A stretch of DNA of 64,000 nt from the human T2T-CHM13v2.0 reference genome, Homo sapiens: the NCBI RefSeq assembly GCF_009914755.1, contig NC_060925.1; one strand, given 5' to 3'. The stretch's first letter is position 1. The number at the start of each line of letters is the position of its first letter. Positions 13,456-26,186 of the stretch are shown one piece after another. The position numbers and the translations under genes were made by a program. Below the pieces are notes generated by a model. That model was not told the origin of the DNA. It saw nothing but the letters and a program-made list of their open reading frames with translations, and searched no databases.

Positions 13456-13507
13456 TGTTGGGTTAAGAAGATAAAACTAAGTGTTGGGTTAAGAAGATAA
13501 AACTAAG
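13456..13507. repeat. Perfect 26-bp tandem duplication
   Basis: tgttgggttaagaagataaaactaag x2. Confidence 0.97.
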
Positions 13508-14144
13508 TCACTTAACATTAGTCCTATTTTACAAATTCAGTCCTAAAACTTAACAATTTAGTCATCATATTGACTCTTAAAAACTAGATATATTACAATT
13601 ATTTAAAACTGTAATACCACCTTCAACTATGATTTTGTTATAAAGGAGACCGTAGCTTTGAATTCCATTAGAAATATCTCTGCACCTTAAAATTGTTCAG
13701 ATGCGCACATCAGTACAGAAACACATTAAGTCCAACCTCTTAGAAAATCTACTCTTTATGAATTTAAAATCTAAATTATTTCTTCTGAGTGGTGCCATTT
13801 TCCAGATATTTTCCACAGAAATAAACTCTTCCTCATAAATTTAAATACACATGAATGGTGCAAACTCAAAAACTGATATTAATAATGTGCCTTCCTGATG
13901 TTTTGTGGCCAATAGAGGATTTATAGTTGGAAAGTACAGTGCAAACAATGCCAGCCTCAGAGGCCCGGGTCAACAGACTGATTCATATCTTGACGAAGAC
14001 ACTTATTTCCAAGATGCTCTCTTCAAGATGGTTTCCTCACCTTAAAATGGGGTGATGATAATCTACTTCTTAAGGTTGTGGATATTTAACAGAGTAAGAG
14101 GTGGAAAACTAAGTACACTATAACTAGGACATAGGGTACTGGTT

Positions 14145-14370
14145 TAATAACACATGTGCCAGGAGCTATTCTAAATGCTTTACGTATATAATTAAGTCAA
14201 TCTTCACAACAACACTGTTATTTTTTCCTTTTTACAGATAAGGAAATTGAGGCAGAGAGGTTAGGTAATTTGCCCAAGGTCACAGAGCTAGCAAGTGGCA
14301 GAGGCAGGATTCCAACCCCCCAACCCCACATTGGACTGCAGAGCCCATTCTCTTAACCATCACATATTGT
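14145..14370 (-). mobile_element. MIR SINE
   Basis: MIR core ttttacagataaggaaattgaggcagagaggttaggtaatttgcccaaggtcacagagcta. Confidence 0.75.
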
Positions 14371-14669
14371 TGCTTCAGTGGGTGAGGGGCTCAGGAAGCA
14401 GCATCTCCTACGACTACTCCTTTAAGAACCAGAAAAAACAGAACTCAATCTATCTCCCAGTTGGGCTCAGACTGCATAAAATAGTGTGAACACATAAATT
14501 ATGGTACAATAATTCATGTGTATCTCTGGGTTGAGGGATATAATCTCAATGAAGCTCCTGGCCAAAATCTGCCATTAGAAAGCCATCCTCAGCTTAGAAA
14601 GCAGGGAGCTACATGCTGTTCTTTAAATTCCTTATATATCTTTGAACTGATCATTGCTGCAGTATGAGA

Positions 14670-14960
14670 AACAGTACAGTAAAAGAGTTAAAATCCAAAG
14701 CCAGACCATCTGGTTCCAAACCCCGGCTTCTCCACTTACAGACTAAATGGTCCTGAACATAAATCTTCTTTGGGCCTCACTTTCCTCATCTGCAAAAGGA
14801 GAGTAAAAGCAGTTTACCTCAAAAAATTATGTGGTTAAACAGTAAATTTAGTTACCAAATTTCTTTAATAATTTTATTAAATAAACTTATGCATGTAGAG
14901 GGCTTAAAAAAAGGTCATGGGTACATGGTAAGTGCTCAATAAATGCTAGCTATTATTAGC
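14670..14960 (+). mobile_element. MIR SINE
   Basis: ggcctcactttcctcatctgcaaaagg...catggtaagtgctcaataaatgctagctattatt. Confidence 0.7.
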
Positions 14961-16905
14961 TATTTTACTCTTGGAAAGACTTCCATGATATTTTGTTAAG
15001 TAATGTAAAAAAGTTACAAAACCATATCTAATATGAGCTTATTTAGTCCTCAGGAAAAAAAAACAAGTATCAGTAGATATGTACAGGCATAAATTCTGCT
15101 CTATAAACACAAAAGTTGGTATAAGGACAGAAAAAATTGCAAGGAAAAACCAACTTAAAAAATAGGGAAAAGGCAAGGGCAGGACTTTCATTCCTTTCTT
15201 TATGTACTTTCATGCACAAAAATATAACTTTTATTTTATTGTGTCTTCCAAATTTTCTATAAATGAAAGTGTTTTTCATATTAAGAAAAAAAATTTATGT
15301 TTTTAAAAGGCAATTATGGTGATGATAAGCACAGGAAATGGGGATAAACAGCACCATTCTGAACCACCAAAACCAATGGTAGAATGGCATGAGTGATAAA
15401 AAATGCATAAAATAAAACAGCAAGCAGTCTTGTTGGGCAAAAACTGGTTAGAAAATTATACAAATCTCCTACAGTTTTTTAAGATAGTCAATTATGTAAG
15501 GGAAATAGCACTTTACCAGAGATCAGTAGTTTGTTGTTTTAAAGGGCAATTCCAACAGTATACAAATATTTGAAATGTGTAAATCTTTCCACTAAACAAT
15601 CATACTTCTAGGCATATAAGAGAGCAAGCATAATATATATTGAGGACATTGTTGAATTGCAGTATTATCTGAAATGGCAAAAAACTAGAGACAATCTTAA
15701 TATCCATCATGGACAAACTGTTAAAAACCAACACATATGGTACAGCCAGGCTATTCTGGGATTATTAAAGATTAAAGCACATCTGCATGTATAGCACAAA
15801 AAAAGAAGTTACAGGTTAATTAGAACAGTATGATCACCATTTTTTGTTAACTCAAACTACCTATATATATTTAGGGGAAAGTTCTGGAAAAGTTACAAAA
15901 TGTCACAAATGACACTTCTTGGGATGGAATAATTTGGGTACAGGGAGGGGTAGAAGAGCAGGGCTTTCACCTCTTCCATAGCATATCTTTATATAGCTTG
16001 AATGTTATAGGAGCATTATTATTCTGTAAAATTTTTAGCAGCAGAGTATTCAAGCACAATTAAATGAGATAATGTGTGAAAGTACTCTTAGCTCAATCCC
16101 AAAAAGTAGCAGCCCTGTCCTTGAGTGGAAATCTCGACTTAGACAAATCCCACCAATCAGGTACACTTCTAGCACCTGTTCCACATATGTACGCATACCC
16201 ATGAGCAAGGGTAATGCAGTCTTCATACCTGAGGGAATGTCTGTGGGAATCTGGCCCATCAGGAAGACAGGGAACAGAAATACAGAGGCCAGACTTTTCC
16301 CCAACTATCATCAAGGGCAAAGCCATGGAGTACTGGCAGACCTGGCAAAAGTGGACTCTCCCCCTGGCTTAATGAACAATCCAACCTTGGTAGGAGGAAA
16401 GAGGGAAATTGACTTTATTAACACCCTCTTCAAAAACAAATGCTCTTCATCTTTCAACCTTCAATGAATGAAATTACTAAGAAGGTGCATTTCCGCTTCA
16501 AGAGAGCAGCTCACAAAGTTAAATACGGTAGGGACTTAATCTATGTACACCATCTGATATTCCATTATATACTGACTTTTTATTGCTAATGTTTTCACCT
16601 GTTTTGGACTTGGCTGCCAATTAAACTGTTAGTTTTCCAGGGCGCTGTCACTTCAGGGAAGCTGCACAGGGTACTGAGAGAGCGCTGGACTGAGTAGCAT
16701 CAGAGGCCACGGTTCTCAGCAACACTTCTGTTATGTACTGAGAAACCTTGAACCGGTCATAATTTCTTTGGGTTTCAATTATGAAGTCAAACTAGATGAC
16801 CTTTAAAGAATTTCAAGTTCTATTATCTTTTGATTTTTACATTTCTCATAGGACCCAATATGGAACTGAGTACAGCTATTTATATCAAAATTATTTTGTC
16901 TTCAC

Positions 16906-17201
16906 TTTTTTTTTTTTTTTTGAGACGGAGTCTTGCTCTGTTGCCCAGGCTGGAGTGCAGTGGGGTGTGATCTCAGCTCACTGCAACCTCTGCTTCCTGG
17001 GTTCAAGCAATTCTCCTGCCTTGACCTCCCGAGTAGCTGGGACTACAGGCGCATGCCACCGCACCTGCTAATTTTTGTATTTTTAGTAGAGATGGGGTTT
17101 CACCATGTTGGCCAGACTGGTCTCGAATTCCTGACCTCGTGATCCTCCCACCTTGGCCTCCAAAATGCTGGGATTACAGGTGTGAGCCATCACGCACTGC
17201 C
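16906..17201 (-). mobile_element. AluS (Sc/Sg-like) element
   Basis: Poly-T plus reverse Alu; short TSD tcttcac on both sides. Confidence 0.93.
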
Positions 17202-17304
17202 TTTTCTTCACATTTTTATAACAATGTGCACACATTGTCTTTACAACCCAATGTTTAGCAAATGAGATTCTACCTAATTTTAATAACAATAAAATAATTT
17301 ATTA

Positions 17305-17510
17305 AGCATGTAGCAATTACTTGGAACAATTCTAAGCATTTTATGTGTACGAACTTATTCAATCTTACAATGATCCAAATACTTTCCCCCATTACAGATA
17401 AGGAAACTGAAGCCTGGAGTTTTCTTGACCTAGGATACAGAGCTGGAACATGACAAAGCCAAAATTCAAACCCTGGTAGTCTAGCACATTTAACATTACA
17501 CCCTACTATC
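17305..17510 (-). mobile_element. MIR SINE
   Basis: ccccattacagataaggaaactgaagcc core. Confidence 0.6.
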
Positions 17511-17556
17511 TTTAGTACAGGAGAGGGGGAAGGATACAATATTCAAGCTGCTTTTT

Positions 17557-17675
17557 TTTTTTTTAAGTTTTGGGATACATGTGCAGAACGTGCAGGTTTG
17601 CTGCACCTATCAATCCGTCATCTAGGTTTTAAGCCCCGCATGCATTAGTTATTTGTCCTAATGCTCTTCCTCCCC
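17557..17675 (-). mobile_element. Extremely 5'-truncated L1PA (L1PA7/8-like) 3' end with 14-bp TSD
   Basis: T-tract then gggatacatgtgcagaacgtgcaggtttg...ttttaagccccgcatgcattag. TSD tcaagctgcttttt at 17543-17556 and 17676-17689. Confidence 0.88.
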
Positions 17676-18555
17676 TCAAGCTGCTTTTTCAAACCGAACA
17701 AGTATTCTCTTCTTTACCACCTCACCTGAAACTAAATTATAATCAAATAATTATGCCAATTGAATAACTGGAATGGGAACTACACAAAAGCAGACAAAAT
17801 ATTAAATTCTGGATGTAGCAATTCAAAAAAATTTTGAAAAACCTAGCAAATATATTGCCAGGCTTTCCCTGCACTGCCATCCCTTCTCTCTGTGCTTCTA
17901 GAACACTTAACATGAACTGTATTACAGCACAGATCTAACAGGAATAAAATTTCTCTCCCACCACAACTGAGTTCTCATTTGGCAGGCTTGTCAGCATATT
18001 CTTTGTACCCCACTTCGGTAACAGGCATCATCACTCACTCCAAGGTTGGAGCCCAGTCAAGATTGCTGAATGAATGTCCAAGTTCAAGGATGTATTAGTG
18101 TAAGGTTTGCTGCTGTTTTAGTATGATAGACAAGTCAACACTTTGGCCATGCTGCAATTTGGAAGGGCTTTCAACGTAATCTTGATTGGTAACAGCTCAG
18201 AGAAGGAGAAAGGTGATTCAGGGTATGAATCAAGAGCATGGCAATTTACAAACAGTGTATCAGTTTCAAATTCTTCCAATGTACACACAGGAATAGCAGC
18301 AATCATATTCTTAGAAGATTATTAAGAAACAAGAAAAAAAAGAGGCACTTTTAGAAGTCTATCAACTTTTAAGGTTAAAAGTCAGCTAAGAAGTCCAAAT
18401 CAAATTTTAAAATTACTATTTATTGGTATTTCACTCCTCAAATAATGAAATGGTAATAGCATCTACTAAAGGCATTGGAAATAACAAAGAAACCAAACAT
18501 AATTAATAAATCTACTCATCGTTTTTTCAATGATTTAGCCCAAATTCAATCATTG

Positions 18556-18714
18556 GTTATAGTTGTCAACGTGTGGTCCTGGGACCAGCAGCATCAACAT
18601 CACCTGACTCAATAAAAATGCAAATTATCAAGTGCCACTACAGACCTACAGATTCAGAAACTTTAGTGGTGGGAGAACCTCCACGTAATTCTGACAAAGT
18701 TTGAGAATCACTGC
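18556..18714. mobile_element. MER5A hAT-Charlie MITE
   Basis: gtgtggtcctgggaccagcagcatcaacatcacctg...aaatgcaaatt...aagtttgagaatcactg. Confidence 0.75.
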
Positions 18715-18899
18715 TGTGTTCTATAGAATGTGGTTCAGTATAAATTAGTATTCTATTTATATGCACTTTCAATTAGAGAACACCAAAAAGGAATTCTTAT
18801 CTAAGGGTCCTACAAAATGGATTCCAAGAATGATGTAAAAGTGTTCCAAAGCACTAAATGGAGGCTGAAAATAACAGTCCTAGGGAATGCCTGGCTAAG

Positions 18900-19440
18900 C
18901 AGCTTATTAAACCTTAGAGGATGGGGGGAAACTCTGAAAAATAAACAGTTCATCAGCTGAATATTCATTTATCCTATTCACATACTCTACAGCCCAGCAA
19001 GTCCACTCCTAGTGAAACCCAATCGAAACTCTTGCCTACGTATGCCAGGAGGTGTGCACCTATACAGCAGCATTCTTCACAATAGCGAGTAGCACAAGAG
19101 TATCACCCTGGAAACAACCCATATACCACCAACAGGAGAATGGATAAATTATGCCATATGCACAAAATGGAATATTATGCAGTAATCAGAAAACTTCAGT
19201 GACACATAATATAAATTTCAGTATTATAAAATGAAAAAATTTTCAGAAGATAGGGCATGTAATATATACAGTTTTAAATTATGTGATGCAATAAAACTAT
19301 AAAAGACACCGAGAGAATGATGAATATAGGATTCAGTAAATAGCTGCCTCAGGTGAGGGACAGAGGAAAAAGGAATGGAGGGGCCCACAGGGTTATGCAC
19401 AGGGTTAGGTGGTACTTACTGTATTATTAAAACTATAAAT
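18900..19440 (+). mobile_element. Old L1M 3' fragment
   Basis: ctggaaacaaccc...aacaggagaatggataaattatg...aatggaatattatgcagtaat. Confidence 0.6.
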
Positions 19441-20231
19441 GGACCAATTAAACAAACGTGTCATGAGCCAAGGAATATAAACTAATTCTTTACACCTGAA
19501 GTCCTTTAAAATGCTTTAAATACATATATATAAAATGTTCCTCCAATATTTCAAACAATTCTAAATTCTACCCAGTCAGTTTGGCTGTGGAGGCACCAAG
19601 AGCCCTGGGTCCTTGGCCTTACTGCCAACTCAGGGGTTAAAATGTTTTGGGTCCCAAAACCCAAAGCCAATGACCCTCTTCCTTTAAAAGTACAAGAACA
19701 GGCAATTTGGGCTAGAGTTTCAGAGGATCTATGAAGCCATCCATTTGCAAAGGATCCATGGATGGCAAGTTAATAACTCCTGTACTAGCTAATTATGTGA
19801 AACTGGTAGGAGAGAAGCTGATGATGAACTCAAGAGCACCTAATGCATGCCAGATGGGGCTCCATTAGCTGTTATCACTTAATCCTCACGCTAGCCCTAG
19901 GAAGGAGTAAAGATAGCACTGGTTTATTGATGGAAGAAACTGAGGCAACAGATTAGGTAACTTACAGTTACAAACCTGGAAGACAGAAATAAAATCCAGC
20001 TATTTAACCTGGAAAGACTAAAAACTAGCTATTTATGATTCCAAAGCCTCACAGGCCTGGTTTCCTCCTGACATTCAACAAATATGCTGAGCAAATGATA
20101 TCAATTCTCTGAGCCTATCGCCTCATTATAAAACAACATGGCTAATGATGGGTTGTACTTACAGATTATTTCTATGATGTTGGCTTGCTTTTATAGTCTA
20201 GATCCTATGCAGGGGGATATTCCTGAAATTT

Positions 20232-20285
20232 GGCTATAGAATAGAAAATAAAATCGAAGGCTATAGAATAGAGAATAAAATAGAT
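20232..20285. repeat. 27-bp imperfect tandem duplication
   Basis: ggctatagaatagaaaataaaatcgaa / ggctatagaatagagaataaaatagat. Confidence 0.85.
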
Positions 20286-23200
20286 AGGAAAGCACAACCA
20301 GATTACAATTAACAGGCAAATGAAAAGTATAGGCAGTGGCTGGAACCCATCTTGAATTTTAAGTATCTACTTTACACTATTTAGGCTCTATATACGATTT
20401 CAAAATTATTTAGTCCTACAATTCTTTTAGAACAATATTTCTCTACAAATCTCCTCCAAACTTAATGCTTGCAAAATAAGTTCTATTTGTAGCACCGTGG
20501 CACAAAAATATATTCTCAGTGCTGACTGTATGCCAAGAACTACACATGAAGTAACTTAAATACTTTTTTGCTTTTTATCTTAATTTTTAAAATTTTTTTA
20601 CAAAAAGCATACAATACTTTTATAATCTGAAAAAAAAATCTTTGAGACAGATATTATAGTAAACTGGGCAATTAATGGTCAGGGACCAGCTGGCTGACTT
20701 AGTCAGTGACTGAGGATAGTGAAGAACAGGTAAGAAATAATTCAGGACATGGTGACAAGTACACAAAAGGGAGGCATCTACTCTCTCACATAAAAACCTG
20801 TCTTTGGCACTTGACAGATAATAGTGTCATTTAGATAAAGGGAACAGAGGAGTAAAGTTAGTAAAACTGGGTTTGGGCAAATGTGTGGAGATAATGAGCT
20901 TTGTGTAGCTTACTGGGTTTGGAGATGCCCTTATGAGACATTCACATGGGGATAAACTCTAGGCCTAGAACTCACAAGACATCCGAGCACATTTAGATAG
21001 ATGAATTCATAAAGAAAAAAGGGGCAGGAGAACAAACCCCAAAGAACATCAACATAAGCGAGTGAAGCAGACCCAGACACAAGAGATACAAAGAGACAGG
21101 GGAACGGACTTCAGGAAAGCCAAGGGAGAAGACTTTTAAAGAGAAAGGGTGATACACAGCAGCAAATGCCATAGAATGGGCAGGTTTTGAATTTTAAAAA
21201 GTGTTGAATTCGGTGATTAGTGACTTAATGACAAAGCTGAGGGGTAAAAATGAAAATCAGACTTCAGAAAGATGATCACCAAATAAGAAAAGGAAAATCA
21301 CTTGTTCAAGAATCTCAGTTTAAAAGAATGTTAGTTTCTCTGAATGTAGAGGCTTTATTAGACGCTCATGGATAGATCTAGCATGACAAAAAAAAAATCC
21401 TGTCTTTAAAGTCTGTTCTTACTCAATTACAGCATTTTTATATCAAGTAGAAATATTAAGTGCTCAGTAAGTATGAGCTATTTTTCCAGGCATTGTTCTG
21501 GATACTAACCTATTTTTCTAATCACATCCCTACGAAGCAGGTATTGTTATTATCCTTCATAAATGCGACAACCAGGGCACAAGATCACATAGCTAGTAGT
21601 GTGGTAGATCAAACCGAAAATGTGACTCAAGAGAATATGAGAAAAGGATATGTGTGAAGCAAGAGTTAAAAGATGAGAACAACTGGAGTTAAGATTGTTC
21701 TGAATGTTTAACTGCTTGTAGTTTCATTTCTATTTAAAAACTTATTTTTGCTAATTTGAAAGACTATTTCTTCTCTCATCTCAGAATCCTACATTGCTAG
21801 AGTCTGACATTTTTATGTCTGACACCCAGATTCTGTACTGCATTATAACTGTGTTATTTCTCCTACTGAACTGCAGGTTGCTTGAAAATGGGGAAGTATC
21901 TTATTTAATTTGTATCCCTATTCTTCCAGTCTTCAAAGTAGAAGATACTTAAGAAAGGTTTGTTGTATAATTATTTCTGCTTTTCTGGAGTTTCTGAGGG
22001 CTTCGGCAAAATATACTTCAAGTTTAACTGCTGTGTGGGACTGTCTTTCAGATATTATTTGCACTATACTCAATACATTTTGGATCACTCAAATTACTGA
22101 TTTTGGTGGAAATATCCTTCTAAAGTAAAAATAAAATATAATTCCCCTTCATAAAACCTTCTGAAGGTTCCCTGTAACCTACTGGTCAATGTTCACAGCA
22201 CTGTTCTACAGCCTTATTAATATGGCAACCCCACCCTGGTCCAACTCTACCAAGCCACCTGTAACTCAACTGTACACTGCTGCAGAATGCACCAGCTGCT
22301 TGATGAACTCCACTGCCTCTACCAGACACAGCTGAAATTCTCCTTCTTTTTGAAAGCCTTCCTATATTTGTTTTTTGTGAGGTTTTTTTGCTTCCTGCCT
22401 CACTATGCTGATAATTTCCAAAATACAAATTCCTCAAGGCAACACTCATCTTTTTATCCTCAGGTCAGGCAAGTAGCAGCTTACTAAGCGTTTAATGAAT
22501 GTTTATTGAAAGAATTACTAAAGAATAATTCAGTAAATCTGCTGGTACTACATAAAACATTGGCCCACAATCAAAAGGCACAATTCTAGGATGTTTTTCA
22601 TTACTACTAATGAATGGTGCATTTCTCTATTCTATCTCATCCCATAAACTCGTGAATTCAAGATAACTTGTACCTTCACTACTAGCTAACCATATCACCA
22701 TTACCAAAGCCACAAAACAAACCCACATCGTATCAAAACCTCTTTGCGTCATGAGCAAATGGTGAAACCAGTAAGGCATATTCACAGCTATTGTAAAAGA
22801 TATGGAAAAAATAACTTAAAAATCTTTGAAATCGATCCAATTTAAGCATGTTAAATGAATTAAAATCACACAATTTGGGGGCGGTGTCTTTTCATGCACC
22901 TAATTTCTCTAGGGGTATACTACATAAAAGGCACTCAAACGCCTACTTTATAAAACCGGTGTCACGGCCTGCTTTGGCCAAAAAGCAGACTGTCAAGTAC
23001 TAGGAGATCCCAAGTATACAATTGGACACTGTGCTGGACTTGAGGTCTTTAGCAAACAATTTCAGCGTAACATTTTAGTTTTCTCATATATCTGCCTCAT
23101 TATGTTTAGAACATAATGTGCTTTAACAAGTCTTGTCACAAGGCACAATGTGTTATGAGATCTCCACATTTCATCCTAGAATAACTAAGTCTTCACAGTT

Positions 23201-24149
23201 ATCTTCAAGCTGCCTCACCCATGTTACGTAATCCATGAGCTTTTTATCTTCCCTGTACAGTTGGGGAAAGAGAAGGGAAGGAAGAGTACAAAATGACTTG
23301 GCCTAAGAGGTTCAGCCAGTCACTAAAAGAGCCTTCGTTTTAATTATCAGTTCCTAACCCTCTTCTCAAAGAACCGTTTTGTTTGAGAAACCTTCATTAA
23401 CAGCAGGCAGAACAGAGTGTTAAATTAGCTATTAGCTTTCCTTACTTGTTTAGTGTGAATGAATAACCTAAGCTTCCTAAGCCTGTAGGTTGATAGTTTT
23501 AGGATAAGAGATCTGATGGATCAAGTTTTGCCGACTGGATCCAAATTCATAAATCTACCTCTAACTTCTAAATTTCAAAATAGCTTGACGTGAACTTTAA
23601 AGGCATTTCTTTCCTCTCCAAATTTCTAATTCTTTACAAATTTTATTCACTCTCCTAAATGAGTCAACTCATACCAACCTTTCTAGTTCAGGATCAAACT
23701 GTAGGATCACCAGAATTTTCTTCTACCCCACAGTAAGCCAAACCCCCATGAACCATGAAAAGGTCCATGACATCCATCACCCACAGCTAACTCTACACCT
23801 TGACTCTAATCTGAATTGTTAGAAAGCCCAGGAAGTTCAAGAAGCCTCCACCCTTACACTTCTAAATCACCTTCTTTTCTAATCCTCAACCTATTACAGC
23901 GTCCAGAAAAGAGAAATCTCAATTCTCTCAGATTCAAGAACTTTATCAGCGTTGCTAGTAATCGCAGTTTGGCATTTACAACTATGGGTCCTGAAACTGG
24001 GTAATAATCTAAAAATTCCTACATTATACGTGCAGACAGCAAATTAGTATATTCTATGTCCTGGGCCCAAGCGATATGCCTAACTGGGCAATCAGCATAG
24101 GCTCAAAAAATGTGCAGGGAGCTCACAATTCAGTTTACTGTCGTTGACT

Positions 24150-24205
24150 ATAAAATTCTAAACCAAAGTATTTTCATGATAAAATTATAAACCAAAGTAT
24201 TTTCA
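24150..24205. repeat. 29-bp-period tandem duplication
   Basis: ataaaattctaaaccaaagtattttcatg / ataaaattataaaccaaagtattttca (1 mismatch). Confidence 0.9.
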
Positions 24206-24329
24206 CACATGCCTGCCTCTTGGATGATGTAAATTCTTCCCCTAGACTTTTTACTAGACCACTATCGGGGTTCTCTTCCACTGCAGCGGCCACCCAATAA
24301 CTCGTTTTAAAGACTGCCTCTTGCGGCTG

Positions 24330-25480
24330 CACTAGCAAATCGCCAAACCCCGCATGCCCCACGGCCGCTGCTGAGACTCTGCAGCCCCAAATCGGCCATC
24401 CCCTCCTCCCCCACGTCCCCGCGCTGCTCGTCCCCCCACGCCGGGCGCCAACCTTGCTCCATCCCAGAGAGGGTTTGGGGCTCCCCGGGTCAGAGCGCTC
24501 CGCAGGCGCAGCTCCGCGAACGCCAGCGAGAGCGGTCCCGGGGCCAGCACCTACCTCCCACCTCCTCCTCCAGGAGCGGCCCGGGTCGACGCTCGCCCGC
24601 ACCCTGCAACGGCCCCAACAGCCGCGCGGAGCCTCCCGCCGAACAACGGGGCGCTGAGCCAGGTGCCGGCTCTCACCTCCGCGCGCGCCCGCCCCTTGCC
24701 GGCGCCCACCCCCGCCCGCCCCTCCCTGGCGGGGCGCGTCACAATCCCCGACGCGAGGCGCTGCTGCTCACCGTCACGGCCCCCGGGAGCGGCGGGGAGT
24801 CACCGCTCGGCGTCCTAGCCCGGCTCCCGCAGCCCGAGGGCCAGCAGCGCCTCGCAGCGCCTCCCGCCCGCGGCCCCTCCTCCGCTGCGGGCTCCCGCCT
24901 TCCCCGCCCCTTGCAGCCGCCTCCCGGCCTCCGCAGGTTTCCGAGGTTCCCACCCCGCCCCCGCGCGCCGGCGCCGCAGGCCCCGCCGCCTCCCATTGGC
25001 TCCGCCAGTTGCTAGGCGATGAACAACCGTGGCCTGCATTGGTCGGGTGGGGGCCTCGGTAGTCTCCTCCTTACCTCCAAAAAAACCCGGAGAAAAAGAA
25101 GACCTTATCCCTGCGGTCCGCGCGCGCTGCGGGCGCAGCTGCGGCTGCGGCACCTGTTACGCCCAGTGATTCACCCGGCCGTTTTCTGCTCCCCGCCCCC
25201 TTCTGACGCCTGCAGCGTCCGGGGCCGGGGCTCTGTGGGGGCCGGGACTCTGCAGGGACCGGGGTCGTGGCTACTTTAGAGCACGTTTTCCGAGCCCCAC
25301 TGAACCCCAACACCCAGCCTAGCAGCAAAAGTGAAGCTTCCAGGAGAGCCACGTGCGTTTGCCAAAGTGGAGAAATAAACTGCGGGCACCTAGAATTAGG
25401 TCAGGTCCAAGGAACGGGAGGTTCAAGCGTCGGGAGTCGTGGATGCAAACAATCCAGCCGGGAGAAAGTTATATGTAAAA
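24330..25480. promoter_or_regulatory. SSX2IP: CpG island / SSX2IP promoter
   Basis: Abrupt GC- and CpG-rich block in an AT-rich background. Contains several CCCCGCCC GC boxes, ATTGG (CCAAT on minus) at 24995-24999 and 25038-25042, GTTGCTAGG at 25008-25016, and E-box CACGTG at 25350-25355. No obvious TATA box. Confidence 0.92.
24772..24960 (-). other. SSX2IP: Probable non-coding first exon of SSX2IP (TSS approximate)
   Basis: Donor ACG|gtgagc at 24772/24771 within the CpG island, just downstream (minus strand) of the CCAAT/GC/X-box cluster. The 5' end cannot be determined from sequence alone. Confidence 0.65.
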
Positions 25481-26186
25481 TTAGGGCGAAGAAATGGATC
25501 TGGGCAGAAGACCGCGGGCAAAGGAAAGACTAAGAAATGGCATTCGTGAACTCAGTTTATGCAAAAATGTCTTACACCCACTCGACAAAGTATGTGCGAT
25601 GAAAATGTATGCCTGCTGCACCCGTGGCCAGGGTCAGGCTGTCTCCTCCCTGGTTTCATGGCAGCCTAAAATTCACTGGGGAAGAAAAGAAAAGAGGCCA
25701 GAGAAAGGAGATCAGATGGAGAAATCACAGGCATATAGGTTACACAAAGATGTTCTTTGATTTTTGTTTTGTTTAGTTTTGGTGAAGCCAAGGGATTTAT
25801 TCAAAAGGCGAAAAACAGGTTTGGTGTTTTAAGGAGACTCCTGAGAGCACTTTGAAACCAAAACAGTATGAGTGAAGATGCTAACACTGAAAAACAAGAG
25901 CGGGAGGAATGTCCACCTCCCAGTTTGCATGCACGTATCCCCAATCCTGGATGAAAGATCAGGGCCAGAAGAAGCACGCCACGGTGACAACTTCAGGGCC
26001 CAACGAAATCCTCCTCTTTTCCTTTGGCCAAGCAATCAGAGGCCCGTCTAGCTGCTGTTGAGCCCAGGTGGCGTTACCATTAACAGTTACATTTTTAAAA
26101 GGTTTGAACCAAGCTTAGTTGAGCTCTGGGAAGTTTAGCTCTGACCTCAGCAACCCCGGGAAGGAAGAAGATCTGCCTGAATAAAC

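Noticed and set aside
24174-25533. Many overlapping G/A/R/P-rich ORFs
   Set aside because: Expected artefact of a GC-rich CpG island with few stop codons.
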